Of a DNA stretch of 28,672 nucleotides, positions 1 through 14,923 are shown in pieces; positions within the stretch are counted from its first letter, which is position 1, and each line of letters opens with the position of its first letter. Both the position numbers and the translations under genes were made by a program. A model generated the notes under the pieces. The model was not told the origin of the DNA. It did not search any database and worked only from the letters and a program-made list of their open reading frames with translations. Origin of the DNA: an uncultured Thermodesulfobacteriota bacterium (GTDB lineage Bacteria > Desulfobacterota > B13-G15 > RBG-16-54-18); contig CAYHAB010000165.1 of the NCBI GenBank assembly GCA_964354505.1, positions 1 to 28,672 of the forward strand, read 5' to 3'.

Positions 1-1
1 C

Positions 2-2644
2 GACCGTGGGGTAGATAAAGATAATATAGCCCTGCCGGCACTTTTAGCCACCAGCGCGGTGCATCAGTATCTGGTAAAAAAGACCATACGTTCTCAGGTA
101 GCCCTTATCATTGAGAGCGCAGAACCCCGGGAAGTGCATCATATGGCTTTGCATTTTGGTTACGGGGCAGATTGCGTAAATCCCTATCTTGCCTATGAGG
201 CAATTGCATATCTTATAGAAGAAAAAGAGCTCTGCATTGATTATAAGAGCGCACTGAAGAATTACATCAAAGCATCAACAGACGGCATATTAAAGATACT
301 TTCAAAGATGGGGATATCCACCCTGAGAAGCTATCGCGGTGCACAGATATTCGAAGCTCTGGGCCTGGATAGTAAATTTATAGATAAATATTTTACCGGC
401 ACCGTATCGCGGATAGGGGGAGCTGGCATTGATGAGATAGCGGATGAGGCGATTAAAAGGCACAGGAACGCTTATGTTGAAAGAGATATAGAGGAGCCGT
501 TTCTTACAAGCGGCGGAGTCTACCAGTGGAAAAAAGACGGAGAATTCCACCTCTGGAATCCGGAGAGTATAGCTGCATTACAGGATGCGGCCCGCGATAA
601 TGACCATGAAAAGTACAAAGAATTTGCGCGCATGATTAATGACCAGTCAGCTGACCCCACAACATTAAGGAGCCTGCTTAAATTCAAACAGAGAGAGCCG
701 GTCCCACTTAATGAGGTGGAGCCGGTGGAAAATATTATGAAGCGTTTTGTCACCGGAGCTATGAGTTTCGGTTCGATAAGCGGGGTGGCGCACGAAACCA
801 TTGCCATTGCCATGAATAGGATAGGCGGTAAATCCAATACAGGAGAAGGCGGAGAAGACCCCAACAGGTTCATCACTTTGCCTAACGGAGACTCAAGAAG
901 AAGCGCCATAAAACAAGTTGCTTCCGGAAGGTTTGGCGTCACCATAAACTATTTGGTGAATGCGGATGAGATACAGATCAAGATAGCGCAAGGTGCAAAA
1001 CCTGGGGAAGGAGGACAGCTCCCCGGACATAAGGTAAGTGAAATAATCGCGCGCACTAGATTCACGACTCCCGGAGTTACTTTAATATCTCCTCCGCCGC
1101 ATCACGATATATATTCTATCGAGGATCTGGCGCAGCTGATCTTTGACCTCAAAAACGCCAATCCTCATGCTCGTATCAGCGTAAAGTTGGTTTCAGAGAT
1201 AGGCGTGGGGACCGTGGCAGCAGGGGTAGCTAAGGGGCATGCGGATATGATCCTGATCTCAGGAGGAGACGGAGGGACTGGCGCCTCTCCTCGTAGCTCC
1301 ATCAGATACGCCGGGCTTCCCTGGGAACTGGGTCTTTCTGAAACGCACCAGACTTTACTGCTCAATAATTTACGCTCCAGAGTACGCATACAAACCGATG
1401 GCCAGATGCGTACAGGCCGCGATGTGGCTATTGCCGCGATGTTGGGAGCTGAAGAGTACGGTTTTTGTTCAAGCGTGCTGGTGGTAATCGGCTGCGTGAT
1501 GCTGAGGCACTGCCATCTGAATAACTGCTCGGTGGGTGTGGCGACACAGGACGATATTCTGCAGAAGAGGTTCAGAGGCAGGCCGGAATACATAGTCAAT
1601 TATTTCCGTTTTATTGCGGGTGAGCTTCGCTCAATCATGGCAGGCCTTGGCTTTAGAACAATAGACGATATGATAGGCAGGACAGACCTCCTGGAGCTCA
1701 ACCGGGATATTGTGCCTTTAAAAGCAAAGGGTATAGATTATTCCCGTATACTTTATAAACCGGATCTTCCTGAGGATATCGGCCGCTACTGCAAATACAA
1801 ACAGGATAGCGTTCTGGATTCTGTCCTCGATAGAGAACTTATTACTTTGTGCCGGGATTCCCTTGAGACAAATAGGCCGGTGAAAATTTCTATGGAGATT
1901 AATAATGCCAACCGTGCCACTGGCGCCATGTTAAGCGGTGAGGTCTGCAGGAGATGCGGCGATGGGGTGCTTTTGGAAAATACCATAACTTGTAAATTCA
2001 ATGGGATCGCTGGCCAGAGTTTCGGCGCTTTCCTGGCAAAAGGAATTATGTTTGAGCTGGAAGGGATGGCTAATGACTACGTAGGAAAGGGGATCTCCGG
2101 AGGCAAGATTGTCATCTATCCGGATAAAAGGGCGCAGTATGAACCCGATAAGAATATCATAATAGGTAATACTACTTTCTACGGGGCTATCTCAGGAGAG
2201 GCCTATATCTGTGGGGCATCCGGAGAGAGGTTCTGCGTAAGGAATTCCGGATTGTATGCTGTTGTAGAAGGAGTCGGAGACCATGGTTGCGAGTATATGA
2301 CCGGCGGAAGGGTGGTTGTCCTGGGTAAGACCGGGATCAACTTTGCCGCTGGCATGTCCGGCGGGATAGCGTATGTATATGACGAAGATAAAACATTCAA
2401 AGATAAGTGTAATACCGATATGGTTGAGTTGGAAACAGTACAAGAGGATGACAAAGATACTATATATTACCTGCTGCACAATCATTTCAAATATACCAAA
2501 AGCAGGAGAGCAAAAAAAATCATGGATAATATGCCTGGTGAATTCAAGAAATTTGTCAGGGTCATACCGATAGAATACAAGCGTATCCTTGAAGGGGTAA
2601 AGATAGAAGAGAGGCTTGATTTGGCGGAGGCACTCGATGGGTGA
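2..2644 (+). CDS. gltB: Glutamate synthase large subunit, 5'-truncated by the window edge
   Basis: The frame is open from position 2 (DRGVDKDNIALPALLATSAVHQYL...). It contains AMSFGSIS, SNTGEGGE, IKQVASGRFGV, QGAKPGEGGQLPGHKV, the [3Fe-4S] motif CVMLRHCHLNNC and the GXGXG C-terminal domain (EGVGDHGCEYMTGG). Confidence 0.98.
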   Translation, partial: DRGVDKDNIALPALLATSAVHQYLVKKTIRSQVALIIESAEPREVHHMALHFGYGADCVNPYLAYEAIAYLIEEKELCIDYKSALKNYIKASTDGILKILSKMGISTLRSYRGAQIFEALGLDSKFIDKYFTGTVSRIGGAGIDEIADEAIKRHRNAYVERDIEEPFLTSGGVYQWKKDGEFHLWNPESIAALQDAARDNDHEKYKEFARMINDQSADPTTLRSLLKFKQREPVPLNEVEPVENIMKRFVTGAMSFGSISGVAHETIAIAMNRIGGKSNTGEGGEDPNRFITLPNGDSRRSAIKQVASGRFGVTINYLVNADEIQIKIAQGAKPGEGGQLPGHKVSEIIARTRFTTPGVTLISPPPHHDIYSIEDLAQLIFDLKNANPHARISVKLVSEIGVGTVAAGVAKGHADMILISGGDGGTGASPRSSIRYAGLPWELGLSETHQTLLLNNLRSRVRIQTDGQMRTGRDVAIAAMLGAEEYGFCSSVLVVIGCVMLRHCHLNNCSVGVATQDDILQKRFRGRPEYIVNYFRFIAGELRSIMAGLGFRTIDDMIGRTDLLELNRDIVPLKAKGIDYSRILYKPDLPEDIGRYCKYKQDSVLDSVLDRELITLCRDSLETNRPVKISMEINNANRATGAMLSGEVCRRCGDGVLLENTITCKFNGIAGQSFGAFLAKGIMFELEGMANDYVGKGISGGKIVIYPDKRAQYEPDKNIIIGNTTFYGAISGEAYICGASGERFCVRNSGLYAVVEGVGDHGCEYMTGGRVVVLGKTGINFAAGMSGGIAYVYDEDKTFKDKCNTDMVELETVQEDDKDTIYYLLHNHFKYTKSRRAKKIMDNMPGEFKKFVRVIPIEYKRILEGVKIEERLDLAEALDG

Positions 2645-4132
2645 TCCCAGGGGTTTCTTAAAATTGGCAAGACAAAACAGCCTCTACAGAGAGGTTTGCG
2701 AGCGGGTCCAGGATTTTAAAGAAGTCTCCAAATTACGTCCTGAGAAGCAATCGCGAGAACAGGCTTCGCGTTGCATGGACTGCGGCACGCCTTTCTGCCA
2801 CTGGGGCTGCCCGATAGGAAACTATATCCCGGAATGGAACGACCATCTCTTCCGCGGAAACTGGAAAGGGGCATTTGCGTTATTAGATGCCACAAATAAC
2901 CTCCCTGAGATAACAGGAAGGGTCTGTCCTTCATTATGCGAATATGCGTGTGTACTGGGTTTAAATGACGACCCGGTTAGCATCCGCGAAAATGAGCTTG
3001 CGGTTATAGAGTTTGGTTTTAAAAATGGGCTGATCAAACCTAAGCAGATAAAACATAGAACAGGCAAAAAAATAGCTGTTATCGGCTCCGGTCCTGCGGG
3101 CCTCTCCTGCGCAGCGCAGCTAAACAGGGCCGGTCATAGCGTGATTATTTTTGAACGGGATAAACTTCCCGGTGGGATATTGCGTTACGGCATACCTGAT
3201 TTCAAGCTGGAAAAACAGATCATAGACAGGCGTATTGAGATATGGAAAAAAGAAGGCATTGTTTTTAAAACAAATACAGATGTGGGGATAGATTATCCGG
3301 TCAAGAAGTTGTTGGATGATTTTGATGCGGTCTGCTTAGCAGGCGGCTGCCGAAAACCAAGGGATCTTAAAATAGAAGGAAGGGATTTAAAGGGGATCTA
3401 CTTTGCAATGGATTATTTAACGCAATCAAATAGGCGCGTTGTTGGAGAGAAGATCCCTAAGAGCGAATTAATCGATGCGAAAGGCAAAAAAGTAGTAGTG
3501 ATCGGGGGCGGGGATACCGGGGCTGATTGCGTAGGGACTGCGCACCGCCAGGGGGCAAGTTGCCTGATGCAAATTGAAGTTTTAACGCAGCCCGAGGAGT
3601 GCAGGACTAAAAACTATCCCTGGCCACAATACCCCCTGCTTTTTAAAACAACCACCAGCCATGAAGAAGGGGGAGAGCGTCAATGGTCGGTAATGACCAA
3701 ACGGTTCATAGGAGAGGATGGCTTTGTGAAGAAGCTTTCCTGCGTCAGGATAGAATTTGAGCAGGCGGAGGATAATGTCTGTTCTGCCATGAAAGAAATT
3801 TCCGGAAGTGAGTTTGAAATAGAAGCAGATATGGTTATTCTTGCCGTAGGGTTTTTACATCCAGAACACTCCGGTTTACTTTCCGAGCTCAATGTTGAAT
3901 TTGACAAACGCGGCAACGTAAAGACCGCCGCAAATTATGCTACTTCGGTAGAAAAGATTTTTTCTGCGGGAGATATGAGGCGCGGACAGTCATTAGTTGT
4001 CTGGGCTATTGCAGAGGGAAGGCACTGCTCCTATTTTATTGATAAATATTTGATGGGAGAAAGCAATTTGCCGATTATAACACCAGGCATTACCCGACAG
4101 GCCGGTGCACTTTTTTGCGAAGGAGTAGAAGA

Positions 4133-4136
<4 letters not shown>
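2637..4136 (+). CDS. gltD: Glutamate synthase small (NAD(P)H-binding) subunit
   Basis: Starts MGDPRGFLK at ATG 2637, overlapping the gltB stop. Motifs: RCMDCGTPFCHWGCP, GSGPAGL, GGGDTGADC, AGDMRRGQSLVVWAIAEGR. Confidence 0.97.
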
Positions 4137-8318
<4,182 letters not shown>

Positions 8319-8322
8319 GTAT

Positions 8323-9453
8323 ATGAAAGCAATACTGGCGTTAGAAGACGGAAAGATTTTTCAGGGAAGATCATTCGGCGCAAACGGAGAAAGATGCGGC
8401 GAGGTAGTCTTTAATACCAGCATGACCGGCTATCAGGAGATTCTTACCGACCCTTCTTATAAGGGCCAAATTGTGACTATGACTTATCCGTTAATAGGTA
8501 ATTATGGTGTGAATAGAGAAGATGTAGAGTCGCGTAAGCCATTTCTGGAAGGGTTTGTAGTCAAAGAGTGCAGTAAAATTGCCAGCAATTGGCGCAGTAC
8601 ACAATCTCTGAGTGATTATCTTAAAGAAAATAAAATTTTAGGTATTGAAGGTATAGATACGCGAGCACTTACTTTACATATCAGAAATGCAGGGGTAATG
8701 AAGGCAGCGCTTTCGACCATAGATTTAGACGAAAAGAGCTTAATTAAAAAAGCCAGGAATTCGCCGGGATTGGTAGGAGTGGATTTAGTAAAAGAAGTAA
8801 CTATTGACAAAAAATATTACTGGTTAAGCAAGCGAAGACCGACCCCTCGACTACGCTCGGGGCTGGCGAGCCACAAGCCACGATTTAAAGTCGCGGTGCT
8901 TGATTGCGGAGTAAAATTTAACATTTTGCGCGAATTAGTTAAACATCAATGCCGGGTTATTGTTTTAACGGCATCTACATCCGCCGAAGAAATTTTAGGT
9001 TTAAAGCCCGATGGCTTACTTTTATCTAATGGGCCCGGAGATCCGGCAGCAGTTCATTATGTTGTTGAAACCACGCGTAAGCTGATCGGAAAATTACCGA
9101 TTTTTGGGATTTGTTTAGGGCACCAAATCCTCGGGCTTGCCCTGGGTGGAAAGACCTATAAGTTGAAATTCGGGCATCACGGCGCAAACCATCCGGTAAA
9201 AGATTTAAAGAGCGGAAAGGTTTCTATTACGGTGCAGAATCACGGATTTTGCGTAGATATAAATTCGCTGCATAAAAAAGAAGTAGAGATTACTCATATA
9301 AATCTTAATGATCAAACCCTGGAAGGGATGCGGCATAAAAAGTTACCTATATTTTCCGTGCAGTTTCATCCGGAAGCTTCAGCAGGCCCGCATGATGCGG
9401 AATATTTGTTTGAAAATTTTATCGCTTTAATGAAAAAACGTGCCAAAACGTAA
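8323..9453 (+). CDS. carA: Carbamoyl-phosphate synthase small subunit
   Basis: Motifs: [51 protein letters not shown]. Confidence 0.99.
   Translation: MKAILALEDGKIFQGRSFGANGERCGEVVFNTSMTGYQEILTDPSYKGQIVTMTYPLIGNYGVNREDVESRKPFLEGFVVKECSKIASNWRSTQSLSDYLKENKILGIEGIDTRALTLHIRNAGVMKAALSTIDLDEKSLIKKARNSPGLVGVDLVKEVTIDKKYYWLSKRRPTPRLRSGLASHKPRFKVAVLDCGVKFNILRELVKHQCRVIVLTASTSAEEILGLKPDGLLLSNGPGDPAAVHYVVETTRKLIGKLPIFGICLGHQILGLALGGKTYKLKFGHHGANHPVKDLKSGKVSITVQNHGFCVDINSLHKKEVEITHINLNDQTLEGMRHKKLPIFSVQFHPEASAGPHDAEYLFENFIALMKKRAKT
8843..8862 (+). repeat. REP-like palindromic element in frame inside carA
   Basis: CCCC-TC-GA-CTACGC-TC-GGGG forms a CCCC/GGGG stem, a TC bulge, GA/TC pairs and a 6-nt loop. 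It encodes PRLRSG in the variable loop of CarA. Confidence 0.6.
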
Positions 9454-12400
9454 AGACATTAAAAAAATTCTCATTATTGGTTCTGGTCCGATTGTCATAG
9501 GACAAGCCTGTGAATTTGATTATTCCGGAAGCCAGGCCTGCAAGGTATTGAGAGAAGAGGGCTATAAGGTGGTTTTGGTGAATTCCAATCCTGCCACAAT
9601 TATGACTGACCCTGAGATTGCAGATAAGACTTATATTGAGCCTTTGACCGTCGAGGTCTTAGAGAAAATCATTGCTAAAGAAAAGCCCGATGCCCTGCTT
9701 CCGACATTGGGAGGCCAGACTGCTTTAAATCTGACTGTAGATTTAGCGGATAAAGGAATATTGAAAAAATATAAAGTAGAAACTATCGGTGCCAATATAA
9801 AGGCGATTAAAAAAGGAGAAGATAGATTATTATTTAAAGAGGCAATGCAGAAGATCGGCCTGGATTTACCTAAAAGCGATAAGGCCTATAATTTAAAAGA
9901 AGCGGTTGCCGTTGCTAAGGAAGTAGGGTTTCCTTCGATTATCCGGCCGAGTTTTACCTTAGGCGGAACAGGTGGCAGCATAGCTCATACCATAAAAGAA
10001 TTTAAAGAGTTAGCCCGGCGTGGCCTTGAGTCAAGTATGATCAGCGAGATTTTAATTGAGGAATCGGTAATCGGCTGGAAAGAATTTGAATTAGAGGTAA
10101 TGCGAGATTTAAAAGATAACGTGGTGATTATTTGCTCTATTGAAAATTTTGACCCGATGGGCATTCACACCGGGGATAGTATTACGGTTGCTCCTATCCA
10201 GACCCTGACTGATAAAGAATATCAGAAGATGCGTGATGCGGCAATTGCCTGTATCAGAGAAATCGGTGTTGAGACCGGCGGCTCTAATATTCAATTTGCC
10301 ATCAATCCTAAGACCGGGCGGATGGTTATAATTGAAATGAACCCTCGGGTCTCCCGAAGCTCAGCATTAGCCTCTAAGGCCACAGGTTTTCCCATTGCTA
10401 AAATTGCCGCAAAATTAGCAGTAGGTTATACCTTAGATGAAATACCCAATGATATTACTAAAGAGACACCTGCCTGTTTTGAACCGGCAATTGATTATTG
10501 CGTGGTAAAAATTCCTAGATTCACCTTTGAGAAATTTCCCGAGGCAAAGGATGTTTTAGGGGTATCGATGAAATCAGTTGGCGAGACTATGGCGATCGGC
10601 CGCACCTTTAAAGAGGCTCTGCAGAAAGGTTTAAGGGGATTAGAGATTAGCCATTACGGCTTGGATAGCAAATTAAAATATAATAAAATCCCTGATAAAA
10701 AAATCAGGCAGAGATTAAAAGAGCCGAATGCGTCGCGGATTTTTTATATTAAATACGCTTTACAAAAAGGTTATAGCAGCGAAGAAATATTTTCTCTCAC
10801 TAAAATCGATCCCTGGTTTATCTCAAATATCCGGGAAATGGTAAATTTAGAGAATGATTTGAAAAGAGAGTTTAATAAAAATAGAAATTTAAGCTTGGAA
10901 TCGCTACGTAATGCCAAAGAATACGGCTTTAGTGATAAGCAAATTGCCGAATTTATTCATAGCGATGAAATTTTTGTAAGGAATTGGCGGAAAAAAAGTG
11001 GCATTACCGCTACTTTTAAACTGGTAGATACCTGCGCCGCCGAATTTATCGCCCATACCCCTTATTATTATTCTACTTATGAAGAAGAAGATGAAGCGGA
11101 GGTCTCTAAAAAGAAAAAAATTATGATTTTAGGGGGCGGGCCGAATAGAATCGGCCAAGGAATTGAGTTTGATTATTGTTGTTGCCACGCATCTTTTGCC
11201 CTTAAAGAACTGGGGCTTGAGACGATTATGGTAAACTCTAATCCTGAGACTGTTTCTACGGATTACGACACCTCGGATAGGCTTTATTTTGAGCCGCTCA
11301 CCTTTGAAGACGTGATGAATATTATTGATAAAGAAAAACCGGATGGAGTGATTGTGCAATTAGGTGGTCAAACTCCTTTAAACTTGGCCAGGCAGATAGA
11401 GAAAGCAGGCGCTCATATTATCGGCACTAGCGTTGAGTCCATTGACCGGGCAGAAGATAGAGAAAAATTTGCTAAAGTGCTTAAAAAATTAAAGATTAGT
11501 CAGCCGGAAAATGGCTCAGCTATCTCAAAACAAGAAATAATAGAAATTGCCAGGCGAATCGGCTTTCCGGTATTAGTCAGGCCTTCTTATGTTTTAGGGG
11601 GCAGGGCGATGAAGATAGTATACGATGAAGAGACTCTCTCCGGGTTTATTCAAGAGGCGCAGGAGGCATCGTCAGGCCACCCGGTTTTAATAGACAAATT
11701 TTTAGAGGATGCCGTAGAAGTAGATGTCGATGCGATTTCTGACGGCAAAACTACTGTTATCGGCGGGATCATGGAGCATATTGAAGAGGCAGGAGTACAT
11801 TCGGGCGATTCGGCATGCGTGATACCTCCGCATACCTTAGGAGATGAAATTATTGAAGTGATCAGAAAAAATACTTATGCCTTAGCCAGGGAATTGCAAG
11901 TCAAAGGTTTAATCAACATACAATTTGCCATAAGAGGAGAGCAGGTGTATGTACTAGAGGTAAATCCCCGCGCCTCAAGAACTATTCCTTTCGTAAGTAA
12001 AGCTATAGGTGTTCCTTTGGCCAAGTTGGCGGCTAAAATAATGGCAGGTAAAACCCTTAAAGAGCTTGGCTTTACTTCGGAGAAAAAGCTGAAGCATATC
12101 TCGGTCAAAGAGTCGGTTTTACCCTTTTCCCGTTTCTCCGGGGTGGATATAGTATTAGGACCGGAGATGAAGTCAACCGGAGAAGTAATGGGGATAGATT
12201 CTTCTTTTGGAAAGGCTTTTTACAAATCCCAACTTGCCGCTAACCAAAATCTTCCTTTAAAGGGCAAGATTTTTATCAGTGTTAAGAATAGCGATAAGAG
12301 AGATATAGTCTTTATCGCCAAGAAACTCTCTGATATGAATTTTGAGCTTATCGCTACCAAGGGTACACATAAAGCACTAACTTCCAACAATATTAAAGTG

Positions 12401-12664
12401 AAACTCGCCGGCAAAATTAACGAAGGCGATATCCGGGTATTGGACCTGATTAAAAAAGGAGGATTAAAATTAGTAATTAATACTCCGTCGGGGCCGCGCG
12501 GCCAATCCGATATGAAGCCTATCAGGAGTTTAGCGGTTAGTTATGGTGTACCTTGCATTACTACAATTCAGGGAGCGCAAGCAGCGGTGAATGGCATAGA
12601 GGCTATATTGAAAGGTAGCTTACAGGTAAAATCTATTCAAGAATATCATAAAGGGCGAGATTAA
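9440..12664 (+). CDS. carB: Carbamoyl-phosphate synthase large subunit
   Basis: Starts [30 protein letters not shown]. It has duplicated ATP-grasp halves ([21 protein letters not shown]) and a C-terminal MGS domain. Confidence 0.99.
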   Translation: MPKRKDIKKILIIGSGPIVIGQACEFDYSGSQACKVLREEGYKVVLVNSNPATIMTDPEIADKTYIEPLTVEVLEKIIAKEKPDALLPTLGGQTALNLTVDLADKGILKKYKVETIGANIKAIKKGEDRLLFKEAMQKIGLDLPKSDKAYNLKEAVAVAKEVGFPSIIRPSFTLGGTGGSIAHTIKEFKELARRGLESSMISEILIEESVIGWKEFELEVMRDLKDNVVIICSIENFDPMGIHTGDSITVAPIQTLTDKEYQKMRDAAIACIREIGVETGGSNIQFAINPKTGRMVIIEMNPRVSRSSALASKATGFPIAKIAAKLAVGYTLDEIPNDITKETPACFEPAIDYCVVKIPRFTFEKFPEAKDVLGVSMKSVGETMAIGRTFKEALQKGLRGLEISHYGLDSKLKYNKIPDKKIRQRLKEPNASRIFYIKYALQKGYSSEEIFSLTKIDPWFISNIREMVNLENDLKREFNKNRNLSLESLRNAKEYGFSDKQIAEFIHSDEIFVRNWRKKSGITATFKLVDTCAAEFIAHTPYYYSTYEEEDEAEVSKKKKIMILGGGPNRIGQGIEFDYCCCHASFALKELGLETIMVNSNPETVSTDYDTSDRLYFEPLTFEDVMNIIDKEKPDGVIVQLGGQTPLNLARQIEKAGAHIIGTSVESIDRAEDREKFAKVLKKLKISQPENGSAISKQEIIEIARRIGFPVLVRPSYVLGGRAMKIVYDEETLSGFIQEAQEASSGHPVLIDKFLEDAVEVDVDAISDGKTTVIGGIMEHIEEAGVHSGDSACVIPPHTLGDEIIEVIRKNTYALARELQVKGLINIQFAIRGEQVYVLEVNPRASRTIPFVSKAIGVPLAKLAAKIMAGKTLKELGFTSEKKLKHISVKESVLPFSRFSGVDIVLGPEMKSTGEVMGIDSSFGKAFYKSQLAANQNLPLKGKIFISVKNSDKRDIVFIAKKLSDMNFELIATKGTHKALTSNNIKVKLAGKINEGDIRVLDLIKKGGLKLVINTPSGPRGQSDMKPIRSLAVSYGVPCITTIQGAQAAVNGIEAILKGSLQVKSIQEYHKGRD

Positions 12665-12669
12665 AAAGG

Positions 12670-12899
12670 ATTGCTGAAATGTATTTTTCTTTAAAAAGGA
12701 CTATTTCTAATTTTCATGGTTTGACTGTTAAGCATGCTTTAGAATCATTAGGCATAAAGACTTAGCAGATGTGCATATCGAGAAATTAGTGAATTATGAA
12801 ATTAAATTATAAAAATAAAAAATAGTAAGGCAGAAGATTGATGGAATGCGTAAGAAGCTGCTGGCAAATCCGATAATAGAACATAAAAATCATGATTTA
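12670..12899 (+). pseudogene. purS: Degraded purS (FGAM synthase PurS subunit)
   Basis: 12670-12759 reads IAEMYFSLKRTISNFHGLTVKHALESLGIK. After a frameshift at 12760-12761 it reads LADVHIEKLVNYEIKL*K*KIVRQKIDGMRKKLLANPIIE. KHALESLG and MxKKLLANPxIE are PurS hallmarks. In-frame TAA codons lie at 12810 and 12816. Confidence 0.85.
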
Positions 12900-12908
12900 T
12901 TTTATTTA

Positions 12909-14876
12909 TCATTCGTATCTGAGAGCCTCAATGGGGTTGAGCTCTGCCGCTTGTCGGGCCGGCCAGAGGCCGAAGCCTATTCCAACAATAAGGGAGAACG
13001 TCGTGGCGAGCACTATAGCAAATATAGAAACTTTTGTCGCCCAGCCAGCCAAGAGAGCGAGCAGAAAAGATATCCCGATTCCACAAAGAATACCGGCTAT
13101 CCCTCCGCTAACAGTCATCAATACAGATTCAATGAGGAATTGAACCATTATATCCGCTTTGCGCGCCCCTATCGCCTTTCTTAGACCTATTTCTCTCGTA
13201 CGCTCCGATACTGAGACGAGCATGATATTCATGATGCCTATTCCTCCGACTAAAAGGGCAATAGCGGCAATGGAGCCTAACAGCCACGTCATGGTTCGGG
13301 TAGTGCTTTGCAGGGTTGCTTGGATGTCAGCCATATTGCGAATGTTAAATGTGTCTTCCTTTTCTTTATTAAGACGGTGGCGCTTTATAATGAGCTTACT
13401 AATTGAATCTTGAGCCTCGTCCATCAAAAGAGGATCTCGCACTTCAGCATCTATAGAATCGGTATATTGCTTTCCCAACACGCGGTACATGGCGGTTGTA
13501 ACGGGAATAACCACTAAGTCATCTTGATCACGAAAAGCGGTTGCACCCTTTTTTGGCAAGACGCCAATGACCTTAAAATTGATGCGATTTATTTTTACTA
13601 TTGTACTGATCGGATTAGTATCACCGAAAAGTTTTTCAACAACCGTGGCGCCGAGTACGACGAGTTTGTCCCTTCTTCGCAATTCTTCCTCGGTAAAGAA
13701 CCTGCCGATGGTCGGTACCGATGCCCGCATCGGTGCATAATTGATCCCCGTGCCGAGGATCTGCGTATTCCAGTTTTTATTGCCATATACGAGCTGCCCG
13801 CGGCCGCTGATAGAAGGAGATACCATGCTCACGGTATCCGTAAGCTTTGCGATTGCATCTGCGTCCTGCAGGGTAAAGCGGGTCACTGCCCCGGCCTCCA
13901 GGGATACACCATGCAGCTGGCTTGAGCCGGGCCTTATTGATAAGAGGTTTGATCCTAGCGAAGCCAACTGTTTCGAAATAGCATCTTTTGCGCCTTGCCC
14001 TAAAGCCAGCATTGCAATAACAGAGGCAATGCCAATCAGTATGCCGATCATAGAGAGAAAGGAACGCATCTTGTGCGAAACGATTGAATTAAGTGCCTGC
14101 CGGAAGTGGTCCACAAACGCTGCCCTGGCAAAGGCTTGGCGCGATTCAGCCATGATAGTATCTATGGAAAGATCATGAGAAGCTGCAACAGGTTTTTTAC
14201 GCCTGGTCGACTTTCTTTCGTCAGCGACAATAACACCATCTCGCATACGGATGATCCGTCGTGCGTGCGCCGCTATTTCCTGTTCGTGGGTTACCATGAC
14301 GATGGTTTTACCGTTTTGATTAAGATTATCCAGGATCGCAATAATCTCTTCCTCGCTCTTCGTGTCAAGATTCCCTGTAGGCTCATCCGCGAAGACAATG
14401 AGCGGTTCATTCACCAATGATCTGGCGATGGCAACCCGCTGCTGTTCTCCTCCTGATAATTCATTGGGATGATGAGATTCTCTTTGTGAAAGGCCAACTT
14501 CCTGTATCTTTTCATGGGCCTTCTCTCTGAGGTGGCGTTTTCCGGCGTAGATTAATGGAAGCTCCGCATTTTCTAAGGCACTGATGCGGGGGAGGAGATG
14601 AAATTGCTGAAAGACGAAGCCTGCTAGCCGGTTTCGTAATATAGCTAATTCATCATCGCTCAGTTGCGTTATGTCTTTGTCGCCCAAGAGGTATGAACCT
14701 GAATCAGGTCTGTCTAAAAATCCCACGATATGCAAAAGAGTCGATTTTCCCGAGCCGGAAGGGCCCATAATGGCAATAAAATCTCCCTGGTTAATTTTTA
14801 GGGACACATTCCGCAACGCTTGCACTTGAACCGTACCCATCTGATAGGTCTTTGTTATATTTCTTAATTCGATCAT
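12909..14876 (-). CDS. macB: MacB-family ABC transporter, fused ATPase and permease
   Basis: Walker A GPSGSGKS, signature LSGGEQQRV, ADEPTGNLD, a periplasmic MacB domain and the FtsX-type C-terminus GGIGIMNIMLVSVSERTREIGLRKAIGA. Confidence 0.93.
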   Translation of the reverse strand: MIELRNITKTYQMGTVQVQALRNVSLKINQGDFIAIMGPSGSGKSTLLHIVGFLDRPDSGSYLLGDKDITQLSDDELAILRNRLAGFVFQQFHLLPRISALENAELPLIYAGKRHLREKAHEKIQEVGLSQRESHHPNELSGGEQQRVAIARSLVNEPLIVFADEPTGNLDTKSEEEIIAILDNLNQNGKTIVMVTHEQEIAAHARRIIRMRDGVIVADERKSTRRKKPVAASHDLSIDTIMAESRQAFARAAFVDHFRQALNSIVSHKMRSFLSMIGILIGIASVIAMLALGQGAKDAISKQLASLGSNLLSIRPGSSQLHGVSLEAGAVTRFTLQDADAIAKLTDTVSMVSPSISGRGQLVYGNKNWNTQILGTGINYAPMRASVPTIGRFFTEEELRRRDKLVVLGATVVEKLFGDTNPISTIVKINRINFKVIGVLPKKGATAFRDQDDLVVIPVTTAMYRVLGKQYTDSIDAEVRDPLLMDEAQDSISKLIIKRHRLNKEKEDTFNIRNMADIQATLQSTTRTMTWLLGSIAAIALLVGGIGIMNIMLVSVSERTREIGLRKAIGARKADIMVQFLIESVLMTVSGGIAGILCGIGISFLLALLAGWATKVSIFAIVLATTFSLIVGIGFGLWPARQAAELNPIEALRYE

Positions 14877-14923
14877 AGGTGTTCCCTTGAACTTTTTATA
14901 TCAAAAGTCTTTTGAAATGTTGA

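Noticed and set aside
12661-12700. Direct repeat TTAAAAAGGA at 12661 and 12691 as a target-site duplication
   Set aside because: It is low complexity, the second copy is purS coding sequence (LKR), and nothing mobile lies between the copies.
12846-13184. 112-aa + strand ORF as a real gene
   Set aside because: Its first 12 or so codons are the purS remnant and the rest is antisense to macB.
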